From the NCBI RefSeq assembly GCF_004010195.1, contig NC_057728.1:48777152-48841151 (forward strand): a stretch of 64,000 bases of DNA. Direction: 5' to 3'. Of the stretch, positions 26,805 through 39,800 are shown one piece after another. The DNA is from Chiloscyllium plagiosum. Taxonomy: Eukaryota. Every line of letters begins with the position of its first letter. The first letter of the stretch is position 1. The position numbers and the translations under genes are program-made. The notes under the pieces were generated by a model that searched no databases, was not told the origin of the DNA, and saw only the letters and a list, made by a program, of their open reading frames with translations.

Positions 26805-27355
26805 TTAGAGATGGTCACTGTCTGGCAATGGTGTGCAGTGAATGTTCCTGGCCACTTATCACTCCAAGCATTGATATTGTCCAGGTATGACTGCTGATGG
26901 AAACACATTGCTTCAGTATTTGAAGAGCTGTGAATGGTGTTGAATATTTTGCTATCATCAATAAATACCCCAACTTTGACCATATGTTGGAGGGAAAGTC
27001 TTTGATGAAACATATGAAGAAAATTGAGCCTAGGATGTTGCCATGAGGAACTATCTTCCTTTATGCCAGGCATGAAAAAAATTGGAGAGGTTTTCCCCTG
27101 ATTCCCATTCACTTCAGCTTTGATAGAGCTCCTTGATGCCATACTCTTGTTAAATCTTGCCTTGGTGTCATGGCCATTAATTGTCACCTCATCTCTGGCA
27201 TTCAACCTGTTTGTCCAAGTTATTGTCTTGAGCCAAATAAGAGTGGCCCTCATGGAACCCAACTGAATGTGTGAATTTTTCTGATCAAGTACCACTTGGT
27301 AACACTATCAATGACCCTTTCCATTACTGTGATGATTTCGAGTAGATCAATAGGA

Positions 27356-27447
27356 TTCTGGATTAGTGGTGCTGGAAGAGCACAGCAGTTCAGGCAGCAT
27401 CCGAGGAGCAGTAAAATCGACGTTTCGGGCAAAAGCCCTTCATTACC
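27356..27447 (-). mobile_element. Penelope-like terminus
   Basis: Same family; 13-bp TSD TAGATCAATAGGA at 27343-27355 and 27448-27460. Confidence 0.78.
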
Positions 27448-28621
27448 TAGATCAATAGGACATCAAGTGTTCAAATTGGATTTGTCCTTTTTTGTGTGTA
27501 CTGGAAATGCCAGGGCAATTTTCTACATTGTCAGGTGTATGCTGCTGTTGCTGTCAGTCTTAAAAACTATTGTTGGAATGTGGACAATCTTTTCAGTATC
27601 CAATGCCTTTAGACATTTCTACATATCATGTGGAATAACTTGAATTAGATGAAAACTGACCTCAGTTGTGCTGGAGATCACATTCGGTGGCTGAGATGAA
27701 TTATCCACTTTTGGCTGATGATGGGTGCAAATATTTCTGACACATTTATGCTATTGTGCTGGGGAGCTGCCTCCTGTTAGATGTTTAGTTGTCCACCATG
27801 ATTCATGTCTAGATGTGGCAGTACTGCAAAGCTTGCTGCAGGGATCTGTTGGTTGTGCAATTGCCTAACAATGTTTGTTGCATGCTGCTTCCACTGTTTT
27901 GCCTAAAGTAGCCTTGTTTTGTAGCTTTATCCGGTTGACACCTCATTTTTAGGTATGACTGGCTCAGCTCCTGGCATCTCCACCTATGCTCTTCATTGAA
28001 TCAAGGTTGGGATACGCCAGACCATTAGGTTATAGATTGTGGTTGAATATAATTCTGCTGTTGCTGAGGGCCCACAACAGTTTATGGATGTCCTGTGTTG
28101 AATTCTAGATCTATTTCTATTCCATTTAATAGTTAGCTCCACACAACACAATGAAAGCTATCCTCAATGTGGAGATGAGACTTTGTCACCACGAGGACTG
28201 TGCAGTTGTCACTGCTGCCAATGCAATTGTGGATAGATGCATCTGCAATGTGTAGATTAGTGACGATGAGTTCAAAAGGATTTTCCCTCTTATTTCATCT
28301 GCCTCAGATCCAGTCTAGTGACTATGTTCTTCAGAACTTGGATATCTTGGCCAGTAATAGTGATATAGAGACACTCTGGTAGATTGGCATTGAGGTCTCT
28401 CACCCTAGTTACATTCTGTGACCTTGCCATCCTCAACACTTCTTCCCAGTCCTGTTCAACATGGAGGATTGATTCATCAACCAAGAAGAGAAGGCGAGCT
28501 GGGCAGTAGGTGATAATCGGTGGGAAATCTTCATGCCTACATTTGACCTGGTGCATTTAGACTTCATAGGTCCAGAATCAATGTTGAAAGTAACTCTCTC
28601 CCTTACACAGTAGACCACTGT

Positions 28622-28932
28622 TCATAGGATCCCTACAGTGTGGCCGATCAAGTCCACACTGACCCTCTGAAGAGCAATCCACCCAGACCTATCCCACTTC
28701 CCTGTCCCTGTAACACTGCATTTCCCATGGCTATTCCACCTAGCCTGCCCATCTTTGACTCTGAAGGGAAACCAGAGCACCTGGAGGAAACCCACTCCAG
28801 AGCATCTGGAGAAAACCCACGCTGACACAAGGAGAATGTGAAAACTCCATACAGATAGTCATCCATATAAGGCTGGAATTGAACCCGTGTCCCTAGCACT
28901 GTGAGGCAGTAGTGCTAATCACCATGCCACCC
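28622..28932 (-). mobile_element. HE1-type SINE with a short internal duplication
   Basis: tRNA head with B box gggttcaattcc; duplicated ccagagcayctggag.aaacccac segment. Confidence 0.8.
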
Positions 28933-29191
28933 TGCTGCCCTTGCTGGTGGACAAGGATGGTGATGGTTGTTTCTGGAAAGATGTGATTCTGAGTGTGGCT
29001 ATGTTAGACTGTCGCTAAACTTAGTTTGTTGGACACCTTACCCAATTGTGACACAAACCAAATGTTAGTAAGGACTTCTTCACAGCGTCAATAGGGCTGG
29101 GATGCTGTTGTCCTTTCAATGCCAAGTCAGGTGGTCTGTCTGAGTTTATTTTTCTTAGACTTTGTAGCAGCTAGGCTATTTCAAATTAAGA

Positions 29192-29456
29192 AGGAGAAAG
29201 TGAGGACTGCAGATGCTGGAGATCAAAGCTGAAAATGTGTTGCTGGAAAAGCGCAGCAGGTCAGGCAGCATCCAAGGAGCAGGAGAATCGACGTTTCGGG
29301 CATGAAATCATTAACATCTCCATTATACACACATATTGCTGCCCATCTTTGCCCATCAGGAAAGTTTCCTGAAGAAAGGCTCATGCCCGAAATGTCGATT
29401 CTCCTGCTCCTTGGATGCTGCCTGACCTGCTGTGCTTTTCCAGCAACACGTTTTCC
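29192..29456. mobile_element. Inverted pair of Penelope-like termini with a locally templated filler
   Basis: 17-bp TSD GCTATTTCAAATTAAGA at 29175-29191 and 29457-29473; opposed arms; filler 29303-29339 is the reverse complement of 29994-30030. Confidence 0.82.
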
Positions 29457-30334
29457 GCTATTTCAAATTAAGAGTCAATTACATTACATGTAGGGCAGAG
29501 CAAGAAAACTGCAGATTTCTTAAAGAATTGAATGGGGTTTCTTTTATAGCAATTCACAGTGGTTACATGATTATCATTAAACCAGCTACTAATATATTCC
29601 AGTGAATTCAGCTGTCATTATCTGCTGTGATGAGGTCACTAGCACATTGGATTTTGGCCTCTGGATTACTGGTCTGTTGACATTACCATTGCATCATCAC
29701 CCCTTTGGGTTGTAAATTAATTCATTATGTTGCAGTCACAGTTCTCACCTGTTGATGTAGCATCTTTGGTATCTTGACATACTCCTCAATATGTTAATCT
29801 ATTAATGCATCTTCAATTAATGTATCTGTCACCTTCATTGTAGGTAGAGTTCCAAAACTAATTTCCTTTCAATATAAATATGCAGAGTAAAACTTTGAAG
29901 TTTAATCATATGACACAATGCAAGTTGGGTATACCTCTGGAATTTTCACATCAAGGCTGACAAAATAGAACAATTGCCATATGAGAAAATTGTGCAATAT
30001 GTGTGTATAATGGAGATGTTAATGATTTCAATCTACTCATTTACATTAGTAGTTATACATTTACAATTTAATGAATAAATGTTAGATAAATAATATGGAT
30101 GGAATGTATATAGTTTATAATGTTAATAAATAAGTATTTGTTAATTAATAGGAATTCTTCAGTGTATTTTTGCATTGGTATAGCTTTTTTTGGATTTCAG
30201 CTGGCCCAAATCAAGTACTAACAGCAACCCTTTAGACCATCACCCATGTGAAAGTTGAACTCATGACCTTTGTTCTGAAGAATTGATTCAGAAACTTTTA
30301 CATTACACCTGTTTACACATTGTAGCCATGGTGC

Positions 30335-31030
30335 AAATCTTTAAGCAGGCAGTGCCAATCAAGTGTGCTATTTTGTTCTGGATGGTCTGAGGCCTAATGA
30401 GTGTTGTTGAAGCTGCATTCGTTTAGGAAAGTAGACAGTGTTCTTTCAATTCTTGGAGCCTTGGAGATGGTGAAATCTTTGGGAGTCATGAAGTGAGTTA
30501 CCTGCTACAGGATTTCCATTCTTTGACCTGCTGTTGTTGCCAAAGTATTTAGGTAGCTGGTATAAATTGATCTCCAAGATCTTGAAGGACGAGGACGCAG
30601 ATATGGGAATGTTATTGCGTGTCAAAGGGAGTTTATTAACTTCTCTTTGATTGGAAATGATCATTCCCAAACACCAATGCTATTCAACTATCAGCAAAAT
30701 TTATTTCTTTTCACATTATGATGTAAGGAAGTTCACTGGTGAAGCAGCTGACAGTGGTTAGGTCTAAGACACTGTTCTGAGGAACTATTGTAGTGATGCC
30801 ATAGGACCAAGATGATTGGCTTCCAACAACCACAAACATATTCCTTTGTGCAAAATATGACACCAGCCAGTGAGCTTTCTGTCTGATTTACATTGCGATT
30901 AATTTTAATAGGATTCTCTGATGTCACAAACTGTCAAATTTGTCCTCATTGTTATAAAGAAGGTTTTTGCTCAGGCAGTGCTGTGCACTGTTTATGACAC
31001 TTTCCATCACATTAGTGTTTTACATTTAGG
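30335..31030 (-). mobile_element. Decayed L2/CR1-group LINE fragment
   Basis: Similar to 19380-20280. Confidence 0.6.
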
Positions 31031-31193
31031 TGATAATCAACTGCATTGAGCATATGTGCTTTGCTTTTTGAGGTGATCCCCAATTAACTTTTGTAAGCAG
31101 TAGTATCAATTTCTTCCCTAAAGGGAGACATTTGGAATGAATGCACACTTGTCAGTAAGAGCTGTTAATCTATTGGGTATCTGAATTTTTTTT

Positions 31194-31330
31194 AGATTAG
31201 ATTACTTACAGTGTGGAAACAGGCCTTTCGGCCCAACAAATCCACACCGACCCGCCGAAGCGCAACCCACCCATACCCCTACATTCACCCCTTTTACCTA
31301 ACACTACGGGCAATTTAGCATGGCCAATTC
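31194..31330 (-). mobile_element. SINE 3' fragment (HE1-type)
   Basis: (aatct)n tail plus gttgggccgaaaggcctgtttccacactgt. Confidence 0.75.
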
Positions 31331-31992
31331 TCCATGATCTCAGAATCTCACATCTCATGTGGGTACCAAGACTGACTACCATCTTCTAGATGGAGCTGGA
31401 GCTCTGTTTGCCATTACGGTGCTTTTTGTTATAAGTTTGATCATCTAAGCTGTACATCTTACATACTTTCACAAGCAAAGCTGGATGGAGTGTACTGGGA
31501 AAAGAATTTAGCAGCAAAGACAGTTGAGGAACAATGTCAGACATGTAAGAAAATATAGATCATAATTCACAGCAAAGACACATCCCAGTGAGGAAGAAGT
31601 GAGGAAGGGGATAAGCCAACCATAGTTAACCAGGAAAGCTACGAATAGCATCAAGTTTGTTGTCCAGTTCCTCCTTAACACAAGTTAGACAACTTCAACA
31701 AGAATGTTATGAATGAATTTGCCAAGGTGTCCCACAATAATGAAGCGATCAAATCACAATGAACACAAGCTGGTGCCAATGCAAAACAGTCCCAACTTTA
31801 TTAGGAAACCAATTACAAAAGCTTATACAACAGAGCAATGCTGTCTCTAATCATATTCAGCCCCTTAAATGTACAATACTTCCCAAGTCTCTTGTAGATT
31901 TGCACAGTCTCTCTCTTTCTCTCTATCACTTTCTATACTACGTTTTTCTCTGCCTCTCTCTCCAGATGGTCAGTGGGTCTCTGCCATTGGCC

Positions 31993-32775
31993 ATTTTTTT
32001 TAAGTTTAAAAATATACTTTATTCATAAAATATCTTTATATACATACGTAGTCACTGAAACAGTTCGGTTCTGTATAGTCAAGTTTGAAGAAATAAGCAA
32101 ACATTAGAGTTTGACTGTATCCAACAAAAAAACCAAAGGCATTTCTTACTTGTACAAGATTATGTTTACATACATTTGAGACATTACATACATTTGAGAC
32201 ACCGAGAGGTTCTGATAAGTAAACAGACCCCTGATTTGATTTTGGAAGAAATACCTAGTTCTAGACCTTAGAATGTGCAAGTCTGCAATACTTGGTCATG
32301 GTCAGCTCGTTGCTCTGGAAGACGAACAAGTTTCAGGCAGACCAAAAAGCATCTTTCACCAAGTTGATGGTTCTCCAGGAGTAATTGATGTTTGTCTCAA
32401 TGTGCATCCCACAGAACAGCCAGTAGAGCACAAGAGCCCTGCATAACAGAGCTGCTTGGGATGAACCGTGATAAAAATGCTACATCTTTCTCCAGAATTC
32501 CTTTCCAAAGGCACATTCCAGCACATTCTCATCAACCCCGCAGCCGCACCAAGGGCAACGTAGAACGTCCAGGTGTACATGAAGGATCTCACATAGTGCC
32601 CTTCTCATCAAGCGTTGTCATGGTGCTTGTTGGAAAGATCTGGCATGAATTTGACAGTCTGCACAAGAAGCAACCTGACAGGATCCACCTTCTCCTTTTT
32701 CCGCAGGACCTCAAGGATGCATACTGATCTCCTCACAAGGTCCATGAGATTAGTCTGCAGATGTACCCTGTTTTT
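31993..32775 (-). mobile_element. Tx1/L1-clade LINE 3' end
   Basis: Minus strand reads ...tgaataaagtatatttt followed by an A-tail; upstream decayed ORF2 C-terminal region. Its 3' UTR differs from the array unit. Confidence 0.6.
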
Positions 32776-32819
32776 ATACCATTTTGGATAGTTTATCTGG
32801 ACCTTGCTATAGTTCTAGT

Positions 32820-33955
32820 TAATATGATTAAGCAGAATCAGCATAGTTTTGTGAAGGAGAAATCATGCCTAACAAATTTACGAGAATTATTGGAGGTGAT
32901 AACAAGCAGGGTAGATAAAGGGGAAGCAGTGGATGTATTATATTTAGATTTCCAGAAGGCGCTATATTGGGCTACTTAATAGGATGAGCCCATGGTGTTG
33001 GAGGAAGTACATTAGCATTGATAGAGAATTGGCTAACTACTAGAAGACAGAAAATTGTGATAAAGGTGCAACCTGTAACTGGTGATGCGCCACAGGGATC
33101 AGTGCTGGAGCCACAATTATTTACAATATAGATTAATGACCTGAATAAGGAAAGTGAATGTAATTTAGCTGTATGTGGATGACATAAAAATAGATGCGAA
33201 GGCAAGGTGTAAGAATGATACAAAGAGTCTGCAGAGGGATATAGACAGATCAAGTGAATGGGCAAAAATTGGTAGATGGAATATAATGTGTGAAAGTGTG
33301 TGTTTATGCACTTTGGCAGAAAGAATGAGGAGCTACATATTGTATAAATGGAAAAAGACTGAAGAAAGCTGTAGAATGAAGGGAATCACAAAAAAGATGC
33401 CATCCAATTTCAATGAATAGCAGGGAAAACAAATGGAATGTTGTCCTTTATTTTAAGGGAATGGAATATAAAATTAGGGAGATTATTCTAAAACTACAAG
33501 GCACAAGTCAAACCACAGTTGGAATACTGTGAACAATTTTGGGTCCCTTATCTAAGGAAAGATATAGTGGCATTGGAGGCAGTCCAAAAAGGGTTCACTA
33601 TGCTGGTCCCAGGTATGGAGGGACTGTATTTTGAGTAAGTTTGGCCTGTACTCACTGGAATTTACAAGAATGAGATGTAATCTTATTGAATGATACAAAA
33701 TTCTTTGGGGACTTGACAAGGTAGATGTTGGAAGATTCTTTCCGCTTGGTGGAGGGGGGGGAAGGCAAGTCTAGAACCAGAGGGCATAATCTTAAAATAA
33801 GTGGTTACAAATTTAAGACAAAGAAGAGGAGGGATTTCTTCTCTTGGAGAGTACTGAATCTGTGGAAGTCTTTACCAGAAAAGGCTATCGAGGCCAGGTT
33901 GTTAAGTATATTCGAGGCTGAGATAGACTTTTTAATCAGTTAAGGTTTCAAGGGT
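32820..33955 (+). mobile_element. CR1 LINE, RT to 3' end, decayed
   Basis: QHSFVKEKSCLTNL, VDVLYLDFQKA, SRTRGHNLKI, FFSWRVLNLWKSLP. Confidence 0.85.
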
Positions 33956-36860
33956 GACTGGCCACAGAGCATTTATTTCAAATGTATTGCTCATTGGGGT
34001 CTGTTTCCTGTAGAAGGAATACCATCAGACATGTTATGACCCAGCTGATTGCACAGATTGCTGAGCAGAGATAAGAGGCCCTTGCCTTTTATATAATTCT
34101 GTTACTTCCTACGATTGCTTTTCCCGAACAATAGTTTTGTTGAAAGCAACTTTTGATGCATGCTGTCAGAGCAGCATACTACTTTTTTATAATGCAATAA
34201 TTTTCCAGTCTGCTATGATGAATTGTTTTTTGGAAGCTTATAAATTGAGAGGAAAATATAAGCTCTTTGAGAACACTTTCAGTCATTTGTGTGTGTCCAT
34301 ATTACAGTTTTGGCTTTGTTAGAAACAATATTAATGTAAAACCATTAACAACTTATTTATATTGTACCATTAACATCATAAAACATACACAGCTATCCTT
34401 TCACATCCAAGATCCTCTACCTTTGCTTGAGAATTACCCAGCGACTCAACCCACGACTTTGCTAGACCTCTGCTATGGAACTTTTTTATTCTCTGCAGTA
34501 TATCCGTCCTGGTTCCCAGCCCCACTTGATTCTAATCCTCTGCAAAATATCCAAGGAATTTAATTGATGCATGGCAGATTTTATTTTTGGCATCACTGTT
34601 CCTCCCAAACCTTAAACTTTAATACTATGACAATTTCTCTGTGTGCCAATGGAGAATTATAAGCAGCATTGTTCTCTTTCCTGGAAAAATGACCAATCAC
34701 CCCTTTCAAAAATCCCTCTTACTGCCATCTCACAGCTAATTTACTGATTGACCTCTACCATCATTCTCAACTCATGACAACTCTGGTAGTTATCTTAACT
34801 CCACTTTCCTATCCATACTCCATAATCCTTGACTCGCTTGTTTATAAAAATTGTACCTCACTCAATGTTGAACAACTTGAATGTCCCAGCTTTCACTGTT
34901 TTCTGGAGAAGAACAGGAACATTATTTACTGCTACATGATATCAGTTCCTGCACAAGCACCACCATTTTTACCATTTCATTGATGTGGCTTGTTACTTTT
35001 ATATAAGTAAGTTTATCTGTTATATAACAATTTTTTAAGGTAAATTAGAAACTCTGATATAAGACAGTAAATGCCCACATACTTTGACCGTGAATTCAGT
35101 ATCTCAGTTTGGGCCTTTTTCCATTATCCACTTGCACTTTCTTATTAGTTATTATCTTGCATTTATTCCCGCACATTAATTTTTCATGATTAATTCCGGA
35201 TGCAAGTTCGTGCAGACTGTGATGCTAACTTAGACTGTGCAACCAAAATGAAAAATTGAGTTGAGATTAGGTCTTGTAAACAGCAAATAAAAATTCCAAG
35301 TCAATTCATCTTAAGATAATACATATTGTTAATACTAATCAACTCCTGATTCTTGTCAAAGCCCTTGGAGCTAGTTGCCTATCAACTATTCCAGCTAACT
35401 ATTCCAGGTGAGTGATGAAAACTGGAAATGAAAGAAAAGAGACAGAGATAGTGGAAATAGTTTCCATATAAAATCACACTTCTGTCTGTGTCGTAATTAT
35501 TTTCAGATACTTGTTTACCTTAGAGAAAACAGTCACTGAAGGATTACTCTTTAATGATCAAGAGGTATCTAAAGCCCAGGGAAGAAATTAACCAGGTGTG
35601 CCCCAATGACATCAGCCAATAGAATAGCACAGGGATTTCTCCTGTCTGTTTTATAGCTGAGCAGAGATAAATTGTTACACGGTGATTGGAAAATTCCAGG
35701 GAAACTGTACAGCCCTCACAGCACACACTCCACTTTGTTGAGTCAGGAACTGGGCTGCCTAACCAGTGATCCTTGAAGAGGCTGCTGGAGGCCACTCAAA
35801 GAGCAGAAAGTACTCCACAAGAAAATCATGTCCTACTGCCAACATGTTAACCCCCCTACCCCCAACCACTACCAGAATCACTTCTGCTCCTTCTTGAGCT
35901 GTTGGCCAGATCAGTCTGGCAGCTATCTAACTTCTTGCCATTTTTAAACAATAAGCATTAGCCTGTAGCTGCTTGGTGACATTCAAACACGGCCTAATGC
36001 CTAAGTTAGTTTGGGCCACAGCCCACTGCCTCTCTGCCAATTCTGCACTAGCTTTGAATTTGTTTCCTGGTAAGTTATTAGTCTTAAAGTCTTAAAGCTT
36101 GGATATATTAACAATTTGCTCAGAGTACTCTGCCCTGCCCATGACCCTGTTACTCCAAGTCCCTGCTTGTTATTACTTGCAAACTAATTTCATATACACG
36201 CTTCCAATCAATTTGAGCTAATAATTTATTATTGCATAACTTTGTAATTATGATGAAGTAATGATGCATTAAATAGGGATCACTAATGCTGGATATAAAT
36301 TGGAAATTACGTTTGTTAATAGAAACGTGGTAATTCAGGTCTTGTGTAATTCAGTGAGATTATGGCTGGTCTGTGATGTAACTCCATACACCAGCCAAGG
36401 CCCCCATATCTTCTGAGAATAAAAATCAATGAATCACAGCTTTCAGGTTAACAATTGATCTAACATTAATTGCCATTTGATTATAATAATAAGTAGAATT
36501 TCAAACTTTCACCACTCATTTCAATCACTCTTCCTTGATACCTATATCAGTATCAGTAAAAGAACGACTGGAGGTTACCTAATCTGTTAAGGAAGCACAC
36601 AAGTATAGGTTGAGGATTGCAGTCAAGTGCTGCAGGTTACTCGCAGGGACACAGAAGGTAACAAAAATGTCTTGGAGAGGAGCCAGGGCATTGGAAATCC
36701 AACTGGTAGAACTTGTATATGCATCTTAAGGGAGCAGTGGCAGAATCTGTCAAATGTTTTATGTGTGTAGTGATTGGAACCAGGTTGATCTTATTGACTA
36801 TGAGATCCTTGATTGGGGTCATTAACCTGGGCCAATCAGGGAACCCAAACCGACCAATAG

Positions 36861-39800
36861 AAACAGGGGATTCCAACTCTATTTTGATTTAGTCCCTACC
36901 CTCCCCTTCACTGTTTTGATACACAGCACTGCCCTTTGATGTGAAGGGCAGTGTTTGTCACTGGCCACCCGGGTGTTTTCCTGTCTTCCTGGTGGTGGAA
37001 ATCGAATAAAGATTGGTGCACTTTGTGTCTTTCACTGTGTCTCCCACCTGCACACACACACACCATGGGTTCTGGGGATAAAATAAGCACTACCGCACTT
37101 AGGTGGTAGTGTGGGGGTTAAAATTTGAAAAAAAAAGAAAAGAAAAAAAAGGAAGAAAAAAAAGAAACAGGGGATTCCAACTCTATTTTGATTTTGTCCC
37201 TACCCTCCCCTTCACTGTTTTGATCACACAGCACTGTCCTTTGATGTGAAGGGCAGTGTTTGTCACTGACCACCCAGGTGTTTTCCTATCTTCCTGGTGG
37301 TGGAAATTGAATAAAGATTCGTGCACTTTGTGTCTTTCACTGTGTCTCACACCTGCACACACACACACCATGGGTGCTGGGGATAAAATAAGCACTACCG
37401 CACTTAGGTGGTAGTGTGGGGGTTAATAGAGAGAAAAAAATAAAAAATAAATAAAAAAAGAAACAGGGGATTCCAATACTATTTTGATTTAGTCCCTACC
37501 CTCCCCTTCACTGTTTTGATCACACAGCACTGTCCTTTGATGTGAAGGGCAGTGTTTGTCACTGACCACCCAGGTGTTTTCCTATCTTCCTGGTGGTGAA
37601 AATTGAATAAAGATTCGTGCACTTTGTGTCTTTCACTGTGTCTCACACCTGCACACACACACACCATGGGTGCTGGGGAAAAAAATAAACAGCAGTGTTA
37701 GCACTACCGCACTTAGGTGGTAGTGTGGGGGTTTAAAAAAAAAGCAGGTTAAAAAAAAGCAGCTGTGGTAAAAAATAAGCACGACTGCAGTTAGGCGGTA
37801 GTGAGAGGGGGGTTTAAAGAAAAAAAAACAAACATGGGAAAAAAAAAGAAACAGGGGATTCCAACTCTATTTTGATTTAGTCCTTACCCTCCCCTTCACT
37901 GTTTTGATCACACAGCATTGCCCTTTGATGTGAAGGGCAGTGTTTGTCACTGACCACCTGGGTGTTTTCCTATCTTCCTGGTGGTGGAAATTGAATAAAG
38001 ATTCGTGCACTTTGTGTCTTTCACTGAAGGAAAAAAAAAGAAAAAAGAAGAAAAAAAACTAAAACAAAAAAACAGGGGATTCCAACTCTATTTTGATTTA
38101 GTCCCTACCCTCCCCTTCACTGTTTTGATCACACAGCTTTGCCCTTTGATGTGAAGGGCAGTGTTTGTCACTGGCCACCCGGGTGTTTTCCTATCTTCCT
38201 GGTGGTGGAAATTGAATAAAGATTCGTGCACTTTGTGTCTTTCACTGAAGGAAAAAAAAAGAAGAAAAAAAACTAAAACAAAAAGAAACAGGGGATTCCA
38301 ACTCTATTTTGATTTAGTCCTTACCCTCCCCTTCACTGTTTTGATCACACAGCACTGTCCCTTGATGTGAAGGGCAGTGTTTGTCACTGGTGCTTGCCCT
38401 TTGAGGTGAAGGGCAGTGTTTGTTACTGGCCACCCGGGTAGAGAAAAAAAGAAAAAAAAAACAAAAAAAGAAAAGAAAAAAAAATAAAGTCCAAAAAAAA
38501 AAGAAACAGGGGATTCCAACTCTATTTTGATTTAGTCCCTACCCTCCCCTTCACTGTTTTGATCACACAGCACTGCCCTTTGATGTGAAGGGCAGTGTTT
38601 GTCACTGGCCACCCGGGTGTTTTCCTATCTTCCTGGTGGTGGAAATTGAATAAAGATTGGTGCACTTTGTGTCTTTCACTGTGTCTCACACCTGCACACA
38701 CACACCATGGGTGCTGGGGAAGAAAAAAATATAATAAGCACTACCACACTTAGATGTGGGGGGAAAAAAGTGAAAAAAGAAAACAGGTGTGTAAAAGGAA
38801 AAAAAAATAAACAGGAGATTCCGGTAAAAAAAAAGAAACAGGGGATTCCAACTCTATTTTGATTTAGTCCCTACCCTCCCCTTCACTGTTTTGATCACAC
38901 AGCACTGCCCTTTGATGTGAAGGGCAGTGTTTGTCACTGGCCACCCGGGTGTTTTCCTATCTTCCTGGTGGTGGAAATTGAATAAAAGATTGGTGCACTT
39001 TGTGTCTTTCACTGTGTCTCACACCTGCATACACACACCATGGGTGCTGGGGGAAATAATAAGCACTACTGCACTTAGGTGGTAGTGTGGGGGTTAAAAA
39101 ATTAAAAAAAGAAAAAAAATTAACAGGGGATTTCGCCGCAGGGAGTGGAGTGCATTATTTCTCCCTCCAATTCTATTTTGATTTAGTCCCTACTCTCCCC
39201 TTCACTGTTTTGATCACACGGCACTGTCCCTTGCTGTGAAGGGCAGTGTTTGTCACTGGCCACCCGGGTGTTTTCCTATCTTCCTAGTGGTGGAAATTGA
39301 ATAAAAGATTGGTGCACTTTGTGTCTTTCACTGTGTCTCATACCTGCACAAAAAAAAAGAAACAGGGGATTCCAACTCTATTTTGATTTAGTCCCAACCC
39401 TCCCCTTCACTGTTTTTGTTTTCCTATCTTCCTGGTGGTGGAATTTGAATAAAGATTTGTGCACTTTGTGTCTTTAACTGTGTCCCACACCTGCGCACAC
39501 ACACCATGGGTGCTGGGGATAAAATAAGCACTACCGCACTTAGGTGGTAGTGTGGGGGTTAAAAAAAAAAGAAGAAAAAAAAACACAGGAGTGTCACTGC
39601 CCTTTGATGTGAAGAGCAGTGTTTGTCACTGGCCACCCGGGTGTTTTCCTATCTTCCTGGTGGTGGAATTTGAAAAAAGAACTGGAGTGTTCCCCCTCCA
39701 ACTCTATATAAAAAAAAAACAGGTGTGCCGGAGAGGTGGGCGCCGCAGGGAGTGGAGTGCAAAAAAAAATAGAAACAGTGGATTCCAACTCTATTTTGAT

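Larger units (their letters stand above)
26135..29150 (-). mobile_element. Long decayed L2/CR1-group LINE with nested insertions
   Basis: Homologous to 19010-20400 (GVFIDDSKIFNTIH, RT) and extends into the endonuclease region. Interrupted by Penelope-like termini and a SINE. Confidence 0.75.

Noticed and set aside
31993..32775. Nearby Tx1/L1 copy as the parent of the array units
   Set aside because: Its 3' UTR shows no visible similarity to the array unit, so it is a different family.
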